From Escherichia coli (GTDB lineage: Bacteria > Pseudomonadota > Gammaproteobacteria > Enterobacterales > Enterobacteriaceae), in assembly GCF_003334305.1 (NCBI RefSeq), contig NZ_QOWS01000010.1: a stretch of 64,000 nucleotides of DNA; one strand, written 5' to 3'. A program made the position numbers and the translations under genes. This document shows positions 51,472 to 64,000 of this stretch, piece by piece (positions within the stretch are counted from its first letter, which is position 1; each line of letters starts with the position of its first letter). Below the pieces are notes generated by a model, which saw only the letters and a program-made list of their open reading frames with translations, made no database searches and had not been told where the DNA came from.

Positions 51472-52554
51472 GTGAAACCAGTAACGCTATACGATGTCGC
51501 AGAGTATGCCGGTGTCTCTTATCAGACCGTTTCTCGCGTGGTGAACCAGGCCAGCCACGTTTCTGCGAAAACGCGAGAAAAAGTGGAAGCGGCGATGGCG
51601 GAGCTGAATTACATTCCCAACCGCGTGGCACAACAACTGGCGGGCAAACAGTCGTTGCTGATTGGCGTTGCCACCTCCAGTCTGGCCCTGCACGCGCCGT
51701 CGCAAATTGTCGCGGCGATTAAATCTCGCGCCGATCAACTGGGTGCCAGCGTGGTGGTGTCGATGGTAGAACGAAGCGGCGTCGAAGCCTGTAAAGCGGC
51801 GGTGCACAATCTTCTCGCGCAACGCGTCAGTGGGCTGATCATTAACTATCCGCTGGATGACCAGGATGCCATTGATGTGGAAGCTGCCTGCACTAATGTT
51901 CCGGCGTTATTTCTTGATGTCTCTGACCAGACACCCATCAACAGTATTATTTTCTCCCATGAAGACGGTACGCGACTGGGCGTGGAGCATCTGGTCGCAT
52001 TGGGTCACCAGCAAATCGCGCTGTTAGCGGGCCCATTAAGTTCTGTCTCGGCGCGTCTGCGTCTGGCTGGCTGGCATAAATATCTCACTCGCAATCAAAT
52101 TCAGCCGATAGCGGAACGGGAAGGCGACTGGAGTGCCATGTCCGGTTTTCAACAAACCATGCAAATGCTGAATGAGGGCATCGTTCCCACTGCGATGCTG
52201 GTTGCCAACGATCAGATGGCGCTGGGCGCAATGCGCGCCATTACCGAGTCCGGGCTGCGCGTTGGTGCGGATATCTCGGTAGTGGGATACGACGATACCG
52301 AAGACAGCTCATGTTATATCCCGCCGTTAACCACCATCAAACAGGATTTTCGCCTGCTGGGGCAAACCAGCGTGGACCGCTTGCTGCAACTCTCTCAGGG
52401 CCAGGCGGTGAAGGGCAATCAGCTGTTGCCCGTCTCACTGGTGAAAAGAAAAACCACCCTGGCGCCCAATACGCAAACCGCCTCTCCCCGCGCGTTGGCC
52501 GATTCATTAATGCAGCTGGCACGACAGGTTTCCCGACTGGAAAGCGGGCAGTGA
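51472..52554 (+). CDS. lacI: Lactose operon repressor LacI
   Basis: 360 codons from GTG 51472 (VKPVTLYDVAEYAGVSYQTVSRVVNQ...), ends ...QVSRLESGQ; codon 135 reads GAT (Asp) where I recall GCT (Ala). Confidence 0.96.
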   Translation: MKPVTLYDVAEYAGVSYQTVSRVVNQASHVSAKTREKVEAAMAELNYIPNRVAQQLAGKQSLLIGVATSSLALHAPSQIVAAIKSRADQLGASVVVSMVERSGVEACKAAVHNLLAQRVSGLIINYPLDDQDAIDVEAACTNVPALFLDVSDQTPINSIIFSHEDGTRLGVEHLVALGHQQIALLAGPLSSVSARLRLAGWHKYLTRNQIQPIAEREGDWSAMSGFQQTMQMLNEGIVPTAMLVANDQMALGAMRAITESGLRVGADISVVGYDDTEDSSCYIPPLTTIKQDFRLLGQTSVDRLLQLSQGQAVKGNQLLPVSLVKRKTTLAPNTQTASPRALADSLMQLARQVSRLESGQ

Positions 52555-52567
52555 GCGCAACGCAATT
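52547..52567 (+). promoter_or_regulatory. lac operator O3
   Basis: GGCAGTGAGCGCAACGCAATT overlapping the lacI stop. Confidence 0.85.
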
Positions 52568-52589
52568 AATGTGAGTTAGCTCACTCATT
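52568..52589 (+). promoter_or_regulatory. CRP (CAP) binding site of lac promoter
   Basis: AATGTGAGTTAGCTCACTCATT, wild-type palindrome. Confidence 0.9.
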
Positions 52590-52602
52590 AGGCACCCCAG
52601 GC

Positions 52603-52632
52603 TTTACACTTTATGCTTCCGGCTCGTATGTT
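52603..52632 (+). promoter_or_regulatory. lac promoter (-35 TTTACA, -10 TATGTT, 18-bp spacer)
   Basis: TTTACA at 52603-52608 and TATGTT at 52627-52632; wild-type, not lacUV5. Confidence 0.9.
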
Positions 52633-52638
52633 GTGTGA

Positions 52639-55751
<3,113 letters not shown>

Positions 55752-55757
55752 TAATAA

Positions 55758-57056
<1,299 letters not shown>

Positions 57057-57064
57057 GCAATCAA

Positions 57065-57100
57065 TGTCGGATGCGGCGCGAGCGCCTTATCCGACCAACA
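57065..57100. repeat. REP element in lacY-lacA intergenic region
   Basis: TGTCGGATGCGGCGCGAGCGCCTTATCCGACCAACA. Confidence 0.75.
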
Positions 57101-57121
57101 TATCAGGACGGAATGATCGCA

Positions 57122-57733
57122 ATGAACATGTCGATGACAGAAAGAATAAAAGCAGGCAAGCTATTTACCGATATGTGCGAAGGCTTACCTGAAAAAAGAC
57201 TTCGTGGGAAAACGTTAATGTATGAGTTTAATCACTCGCATCCATCAGAAGTTGAAAAAAGGGAAAGCCTGCTTAAAGAAATGTTTGCCACGGTAGGGGA
57301 AAACGCCTGGGTAGAACCACCTGTCTATTTCTCTTACGGTTCCAACATCCATATAGGCCGCAATTTTTATGCAAATTTCAATTTAACCATTGTCGATGAC
57401 TACACGGTAACAATCGGTGATAACGTACTGATTGCACCCAACGTTACTCTTTCCGTTACGGGACACCCTGTACACCATGAATTGAGAAAAAACGGCGAGA
57501 TGTACTCTTTTCCGATAACGATTGGCAATAACGTCTGGATCGGAAGTCATGTGGTTATTAATCCAGGCGTCACCATCGGGGATAATTCTGTTATTGGCGC
57601 GGGTAGTATCGTCACAAAAGACATTCCACCAAACGTCGTGGCGGCTGGCGTTCCTTGTCGGGTTATTCGCGAAATAAACGACCGGGATAAGCAATATTAT
57701 TTCAAAGATTATAAAGTTGAATCGTCAGTTTAA
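57122..57733 (+). CDS. lacA: Galactoside O-acetyltransferase
   Basis: 203 codons from ATG 57122 (MNMSMTERIKAGKLFTDMCEGLPEKRL...), hexapeptide repeats. Confidence 0.93.
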   Translation: MNMSMTERIKAGKLFTDMCEGLPEKRLRGKTLMYEFNHSHPSEVEKRESLLKEMFATVGENAWVEPPVYFSYGSNIHIGRNFYANFNLTIVDDYTVTIGDNVLIAPNVTLSVTGHPVHHELRKNGEMYSFPITIGNNVWIGSHVVINPGVTIGDNSVIGAGSIVTKDIPPNVVAAGVPCRVIREINDRDKQYYFKDYKVESSV

Positions 57734-57743
57734 ATTATAAAAA

Positions 57744-57775
57744 TTGCCTGATACGCTGCGCTTATCAGGCCTACA
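57744..57775. repeat. REP element downstream of lacA
   Basis: TTGCCTGATACGCTGCGCTTATCAGGCCTACA followed by a partial second unit (TAGCCGTATCCGGCATG). Confidence 0.7.
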
Positions 57776-57835
57776 AGTTCAGCGATCTACATTAGCCGTA
57801 TCCGGCATGAACAAAGCGCAGAAACAAGAGTCGCA

Positions 57836-59017
57836 TCATGCCTCTTTGACCCACAGCTGCGGAAAACGTGCTGGTGCAAAACGCAGGGTTATAATCATCA
57901 GCCCAACGACGCACAGCGCATGAAATGCCCAGTCCATCAGGTAATTGCCGCTGATACTACGCAGCACGCCAGAAAACCACGGGGCAAGCCCGGCGATGAT
58001 AAAACCGATTCCCTGCATAAACGCCACCAGCTTGCCAGCAATAGCCGGTTGCACAGAGTGATCGAGCGCCAGCAGCAAACAGAGCGGAAACGCGCCGCCC
58101 AGACCTAACCCACACACCATCGCCCACAAGACCGGCAATTGCAGCGGCAACCAGATAAAGCCGCAGAACCCCACCAGTTGTAACACCAGCGCCAGCATTA
58201 ACAGTTTGCGCCGATCCTGATGGCGAGCCATAGCAGGCATCAGCAAAGCTCCTGCGGCTTGCCCAAGCGTCATCAATGCCAGCAAGGAACCGCTGTACTG
58301 CGCGCTGGCACCAATCTCAATATAGAAGGCGGGTAACCAGGCAATCAGGCTGGCGTAACCACCGTTAATCAGACCAAAGTAAACACCCAGCGTCCACGCG
58401 CGAGGAGTGAAAACCACGCGAACCGGAGTGGTTGTTGTCTTGTGGGAAGAGGCGACCTCGCGGGTGCTTTGCCACCACCAGGCAAAGAGCGCAACAACGG
58501 CAGGCAGCGCCCACCAGGCGAGTGTTTGATACCAGGTTTCGCTATGTTGAACTAACCAGGGTGTCAGGGCGGCACCAAGCCCACCGCCGCCCATCAGAGC
58601 CGCGGACCATAGCCCCATCACCAGTGGCGTGCGCTGCTGAAACCGCCGTTTAATCACCGAAGGCATCACCGCCTGGATGATGCCGATCCCCACCCCACCG
58701 AGCAGTGCGCTGCTAAGCAGCAGCGCACTTTGGGGGTAAAGCTCACGCATCAATGCACCGACGGCAATCAGCAACAAACTGATGGCGACGCTGCGACGTT
58801 CGCTGACATGCTGATGAAGCCAGCTTCCGGCCAGCGCCAGCCCGCCCATGGTAACCACCGGCAGAGCGGTCAACAGGGCAGCCACGCTAAAGCTCATTCC
58901 GCTCGCCTGGCGCAATTGCGGTAGCAGTGGCCCGACGGAGGTGAGCAGTGGTCGCATATTAAGACCAATCAGCACCAGAACCAGCAGTATCGTGAACGTC
59001 TTTTGATGGTTGCGCAT
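57836..59017 (-). CDS. cynX: Cyanate MFS transporter CynX; exact start uncertain
   Basis: 393-aa ORF from ATG 5 nt after cynS stop, no obvious SD; polytopic MFS-like protein. Confidence 0.85.
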   Translation of the reverse strand: MRNHQKTFTILLVLVLIGLNMRPLLTSVGPLLPQLRQASGMSFSVAALLTALPVVTMGGLALAGSWLHQHVSERRSVAISLLLIAVGALMRELYPQSALLLSSALLGGVGIGIIQAVMPSVIKRRFQQRTPLVMGLWSAALMGGGGLGAALTPWLVQHSETWYQTLAWWALPAVVALFAWWWQSTREVASSHKTTTTPVRVVFTPRAWTLGVYFGLINGGYASLIAWLPAFYIEIGASAQYSGSLLALMTLGQAAGALLMPAMARHQDRRKLLMLALVLQLVGFCGFIWLPLQLPVLWAMVCGLGLGGAFPLCLLLALDHSVQPAIAGKLVAFMQGIGFIIAGLAPWFSGVLRSISGNYLMDWAFHALCVVGLMIITLRFAPARFPQLWVKEA

Positions 59018-59022
59018 GGCTG

Positions 59023-59511
<489 letters not shown>

Positions 59512-59523
59512 TTAAAAATAAGG

Positions 59524-60183
59524 TTACGCTGCGGTCGGTTGGCGTAGCGGTATGGCACAAACGCGCGGATTAGCTGCCAGTGGCACAAACTGGCGGGTTG
59601 CGCCGTCAAACGCTGCGATGCTGCCGCTTTCAATGTCGTAGACCCAGCCGTGCAGGGCGATCCGCCCCTCTTCGAGCGCCAGGCGCACCGATGGATGAGT
59701 TTGCAAATTAGCCAACTGAGCAATGACGTTTTCACGTACCATCGCCGCAGCTTTTGACGGTAAATCGGAATGCGGGCGCGCCTCATTAACGACGCGGGCT
59801 GAATCGGCATAACGCAGCCAGTGGGAGACGGCAGGCATATGGTCCATGCACTGACAGCTGGCAATGGCGGTCATCGCGCCACAGTTGGAATGACCGCAAA
59901 TCACAATGTCAGATACCCGAAGCGCAGCGACGGCATACTCCACCGAAGCAGAAACGCCACCGGGTTCCGGCCCGTAGGAAGGGACGATATTGCCCGCGTT
60001 GCGAATAACGAACAGATCGCCAGGCTCACGTTGCGTCACCAGCTCAGGGACCAGACGGCTGTCGGAGCAGGAGATAAAAAGTGTGCGCGGGCTTTGCTGT
60101 GTCGCCAGCTGTTTAAACAAGGCTTCCCGCTTCGGAAATGCCTCGCGCTGGAATTTAAGGAATCCATCAATAATCTCTTTCAC
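59524..60183 (-). CDS. cynT: Carbonic anhydrase (beta class)
   Basis: 219-aa ORF with CxDxR and HxxCG motifs (SCSDSRL, GHSNCG). Confidence 0.95.
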
Positions 60184-60292
60184 CGTTAACCTCTGTCTGT
60201 CTCTGGAATGAGAGGCAGACTACTCGCCGATTGTCATAAGGTAAAAGTCTCATTTATGATGAGTTCTATTGGATTTACTTATAGGTTGGCGA

Positions 60293-61192
60293 ATGCTCTC
60301 TCGACATATCAATTATTTTCTTGCCGTGGCTGAACATGGCAGCTTCACCCGTGCCGCCAGTGCGTTGCACGTCTCTCAGCCTGCGCTTTCCCAGCAGATT
60401 CGCCAGTTAGAGGAGAGTTTAGGCGTGCCGCTGTTTGACCGTAGCGGGCGAACGATTCGTCTCACCGATGCAGGAGAAGTCTGGCGACAGTACGCCAGCC
60501 GGGCGTTACAGGAACTGGGAGCGGGTAAACGGGCGATTCATGATGTTGCCGATCTGACGCGAGGATCGCTGCGTATCGCCGTCACCCCCACCTTTACAAG
60601 CTACTTTATCGGCCCTTTAATGGCGGATTTCTATGCGCGCTACCCCGGCATCACGCTCCAGCTACAGGAAATGTCGCAGGAGAAAATCGAAGATCTGCTT
60701 TGTCGCGACGAGCTGGACGTTGGGATTGCCTTCGCGCCTGTGCATTCGCCGGAGCTGGAGGCAATTCCTTTACTGACAGAAAGTTTAGCGTTAGTCGTGG
60801 CGCAACATCATCCGCTGGCTGCCTGTGAACAGGTGGCGTTGAGTCGCTTGCATGATGAAAAACTGGTCCTGCTCAGCGCGGAATTTGCCACCAGAGAGCA
60901 AATTGACCACTACTGCGAGAAAGCGGGGCTACATCCACAGGTGGTCATTGAGGCGAACTCAATTAGCGCGGTTCTGGAGCTGATTCGCCGCACTTCCCTT
61001 TCCACATTGTTACCAGCAGCGATTGCCACACAACATGACGGGCTTAAAGCGATTTCTCTTGCCCCGCCACTACTGGAGAGAACGGCGGTTTTGTTGCGGC
61101 GGAAAAATAGCTGGCAGACAGCCGCCGCGAAGGCATTTTTGCACATGGCGTTGGAGGAATGTGCGGATGTTGGCGAGAATGAATCACGGTAG
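60293..61192 (+). CDS. cynR: LysR-family regulator of the cyn operon
   Basis: 299 codons from ATG 60293 ([36 protein letters not shown]...); divergent from cynT. Confidence 0.92.
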   Translation: MLSRHINYFLAVAEHGSFTRAASALHVSQPALSQQIRQLEESLGVPLFDRSGRTIRLTDAGEVWRQYASRALQELGAGKRAIHDVADLTRGSLRIAVTPTFTSYFIGPLMADFYARYPGITLQLQEMSQEKIEDLLCRDELDVGIAFAPVHSPELEAIPLLTESLALVVAQHHPLAACEQVALSRLHDEKLVLLSAEFATREQIDHYCEKAGLHPQVVIEANSISAVLELIRRTSLSTLLPAAIATQHDGLKAISLAPPLLERTAVLLRRKNSWQTAAAKAFLHMALEECADVGENESR

Positions 61193-61231
61193 CCACTGAC
61201 ACAGGTCAGTGGCTCTTCAACACAGAGGAAA

Positions 61232-62515
61232 TTACCGTTTGTAATCGATGGCTTCTGGCTGCTCCAGATATACGGTGGTTTGTGCCGGTTGTGTACTGGC
61301 AATCACCTTGCCGCCACGTACCGAATAACGTACCGGAACCTGACGGCGCAGCGCATCAAATCCATTTTCAGCCGGCAGGATAATCAGGTTTGCGCTGTTT
61401 CCGGCGGCAATGCCGTAATCCTGCAAATTCAATGTTCTGGCACTGTGGTGGGTGATTAAATTCAGGCCATCGTTAATCTGCCCGTAGCCCATCAACTGGC
61501 AAACATGCAGCCCCATATGCAGCACTTGCAGCATATTCGCCGTTCCCAGCGGATACCACGGATCGAAGACATCATCGTGACCAAAGCAGACGTTAATGCC
61601 GGACTCCAGCATCTCTTTAACGCGCGTGATGCCGCGACGTTTTGGATACGTATCGAAACGTCCTTGCAGATGAATATTGACCAGCGGGTTGGCGACAAAG
61701 TTAATACCGGACATTTTCAGCAAGCGGAACAGGCGTGAGGTATACGCCCCGTTATAGGAGTGCATTGCCGTGGTGTGGCTGGCGGTGACTCGCGCGCCCA
61801 TGCCTTCACGGTGCGCCAGGGCAGCAACGGTTTCGACAAAGCGCGACTGCTCGTCATCGATCTCATCACAGTGAACGTCGATGAGACGGTCGTATTTTTG
61901 CGCCAGGGCGAAGGTTTTATGCAGCGACTCCACGCCGTATTCACGGGTAAATTCAAAATGCGGAATCGCCCCCACTACATCTGCCCCTAAGCGTAACGCC
62001 TCTTCCAGCAACGCTTCACCGTTGGGATACGACAAAATCCCTTCCTGAGGGAAGGCGACAATTTGCAGATCAATCCACGGCGCGACTTCCTGCTTCACTT
62101 CCAGCATTGCTTTCAGCGCAGTTAGCGTTGCATCCGAAACATCGACATGGGTACGCACATGCTGAATGCCGTTGGCAATCTGCCATTTCAGCGTTTGCCA
62201 GGCGCGTTGTTTCACATCGTCATGGGTTAATAACGCTTTGCGCTCGGCCCAGCGTTCAATGCCTTCAAACAGCGTGCCGGACTGATTCCAGTTCGGTTGT
62301 CCGGCGGTTTGCGTGGTGTCCAGGTGAATATGCGGCTCCACAAACGGCGGTATAACTAAACCTTGTTCGGCATCCAGGCTGTTTTCAGTTATGGGCATCA
62401 CGCCGGATTGCGCATCAATGGCGCTGATTTTTCCGTCCTGCAGATGAATCTGCCACAGCCCCTCTTTGCCTGGTAACCGGGCGTTAATAATTGTTTGTAA
62501 AGCGTTATTCGACAC
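61232..62515 (-). CDS. codA: Cytosine deaminase
   Basis: 427 codons from GTG at 62513-62515 ([16 protein letters not shown]...), amidohydrolase HxH metal site (EPHIHLD). Confidence 0.93.
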   Translation of the reverse strand: MSNNALQTIINARLPGKEGLWQIHLQDGKISAIDAQSGVMPITENSLDAEQGLVIPPFVEPHIHLDTTQTAGQPNWNQSGTLFEGIERWAERKALLTHDDVKQRAWQTLKWQIANGIQHVRTHVDVSDATLTALKAMLEVKQEVAPWIDLQIVAFPQEGILSYPNGEALLEEALRLGADVVGAIPHFEFTREYGVESLHKTFALAQKYDRLIDVHCDEIDDEQSRFVETVAALAHREGMGARVTASHTTAMHSYNGAYTSRLFRLLKMSGINFVANPLVNIHLQGRFDTYPKRRGITRVKEMLESGINVCFGHDDVFDPWYPLGTANMLQVLHMGLHVCQLMGYGQINDGLNLITHHSARTLNLQDYGIAAGNSANLIILPAENGFDALRRQVPVRYSVRGGKVIASTQPAQTTVYLEQPEAIDYKR

Positions 62516-63764
62516 TGTTAACCTCCACATGCGTCATTGCTGCTGTCGTTTTACGATTCAAAATCGGGTTAAGGATCAGATAGCTCAGCGCGCCACCTAA
62601 TACCGCGTTGACCGGAACAATTCCCGGTAACCAGTGGCCTGCGGCAATCCCCAGCGCGACCGCCAGAATCGCCACCCAATTGACACTCATCATACGCGTG
62701 GTCGCAAAGTGCTCATAGCGGCGACGGTTCATCAGATAGTCGGCGATGATCACGCCCCCTACCGGAGGAATAGCTGCCGAAAGGAAGGTCAACCAGCCGA
62801 CAAAATTGTTATACAGCCATAATGCGCAGACCGTACCGATAATACCGTTGATTACCGAAAGGGTTTTGCTCGACATACCGGTAATGTTGGCGAAACCTAA
62901 ACCCGACGCATAGAGTGCGTTATCGTTGGTGGTCCAGATATTCAGCCCCAGCACCACAATCGCGGGCAGCAGCAGTCCCTGAGCAATCATCACATCAGAG
63001 ATATCTGCCATCCCCAGTGCCGCAGCGCCCGCTGCACCGAAAATAAACATCAACGAGTTGCCGAGGAAAAAGGCCACCATCGCCACCAGCACCGCCAGTT
63101 TGGCATTGCGACCAAACCGGACAAAGTCAGCGGTGAGCGTACCCGCACTGATAAATGACCCCACAACCAGCGCCAGCGCGACATTGAAATCTAACGGTTG
63201 TGCGGGAACGACCGCTTTTAATGCGTCCAGGCCGCCCATGCCGTTAACAGCCAGCCACACGGAATAACCGCCCAGGCAGGCGATAGCCGGAACCGCAATC
63301 ACCGAAAGAACCGTCAGCGCCGAAATGCCAAAAAAGACGGTGACGGTCATCAGTAAACCGGAAACGGCAATCAGCAAATTAATATCCAGCCCGGTTGCCT
63401 TACCCACCGGAATGGCAAACATCGCCACACCGACGCCAAACCAGCCAACCTGAGTTCCGCCCAGTAGCAGTGAAGGCAGCCATGAGCCTTTAACACCAAA
63501 CGAGAAGCGAGCAAGAAGATGAGTGGTCAGGCCGGTTTTTGCGCCAATGTAACCGAGAAATGAAGTGTAAATACCGAGGAGAAGATTACCGATGAGAACT
63601 GCGAGGAAGAAATCATGATAGCTAAGACCGGTTCCGAGAGTGCCGCCGGTCCACATACTGGCGGAAAAGAAGGTTAATCCCAGCATGACGAACGTCAATG
63701 CCAATACCCCTTTCCGCGCCGACTGCGGGACTGGCCCCTGGCTAAAGTTGTTATCTTGCGACAC
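62505..63764 (-). CDS. codB: Cytosine permease (NCS1 family)
   Basis: 419-aa [33 protein letters not shown]...; 11-nt overlap with codA start. Confidence 0.95.
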   Translation of the reverse strand: MSQDNNFSQGPVPQSARKGVLALTFVMLGLTFFSASMWTGGTLGTGLSYHDFFLAVLIGNLLLGIYTSFLGYIGAKTGLTTHLLARFSFGVKGSWLPSLLLGGTQVGWFGVGVAMFAIPVGKATGLDINLLIAVSGLLMTVTVFFGISALTVLSVIAVPAIACLGGYSVWLAVNGMGGLDALKAVVPAQPLDFNVALALVVGSFISAGTLTADFVRFGRNAKLAVLVAMVAFFLGNSLMFIFGAAGAAALGMADISDVMIAQGLLLPAIVVLGLNIWTTNDNALYASGLGFANITGMSSKTLSVINGIIGTVCALWLYNNFVGWLTFLSAAIPPVGGVIIADYLMNRRRYEHFATTRMMSVNWVAILAVALGIAAGHWLPGIVPVNAVLGGALSYLILNPILNRKTTAAMTHVEVNSVE

Positions 63765-63830
63765 GAAATTCCCCCTTTTTGCTGTTTGAAACCCAAAAAA
63801 TCCGCCGCATTCTATTCATCTGAAGATAAA

Positions 63831-63850
63831 AAGCAATCGTTTTCGTGGGG
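63831..63850 (-). promoter_or_regulatory. Candidate PurR box in codBA promoter
   Basis: Minus-strand ACGAAAACGATTGCT resembles PurR operator consensus ACGCAAACGTTTGCGT; position upstream of codB. Confidence 0.4.
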
Positions 63851-63923
63851 AAATATATTTTTTATATGAATGAGTGCAAAAAGGTGGGGGAAAAATTATC
63901 GGTGTAAAAACAGTGGGTAGTGG

Positions 63924-63982
<59 letters not shown>

Positions 63983-64000
63983 GCCAGACACAGCGCCGTC

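Noticed and set aside
52627-52632. Possible lacUV5 or L8 promoter mutations
   Set aside because: -10 reads TATGTT and the CAP site is the wild-type palindrome, so this is a wild-type lac promoter apart from the -1 G-to-A difference.

Overview
This window is ordinary, well-studied Escherichia coli core chromosome, not a novel gene island. In reverse orientation it is colinear with the K-12 segment proY-brnQ-phoRB-sbcDC-araJ-mak-rdgC-ykiA-ppnP-aroM-yaiA-aroL-yaiI-proC-dgcC-psiF-phoA-iraP-ddlA-yaiZ-yaiY-yaiW-sbmA-ampH-iprA-yaiT-hemB-tauDCBA-yaiSPXO-frmRAB-yaiL-mhpTEFDCBA-mhpR-lacIZYA-cynXSTR-codAB. I call 59 protein-coding genes and no rRNA, tRNA, CRISPR array, IS element, transposase or integrase. 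All product names come from recognising the translated ORFs from memory; no database search was run. The best candidate for an under-described system is the tightly coupled yaiS-yaiP-yaiX-yaiO operon (PIG-L-type deacetylase, membrane GT2 glycosyltransferase, hexapeptide acyltransferase, outer-membrane barrel) behind a ~600 bp AT-rich leader; these are named but functionally uncharacterised y-genes, so the proposed role is inference. Other points: yaiT (968-codon autotransporter) and yaiX are uninterrupted here, whereas from memory both are IS-disrupted pseudogenes in K-12 MG1655, so the source is probably a different strain. There are also single-base differences from the textbook sequence in lacI (codon 135) and immediately upstream of lac operator O1. 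Remaining findings are small regulatory or repeat observations of low to moderate interest.
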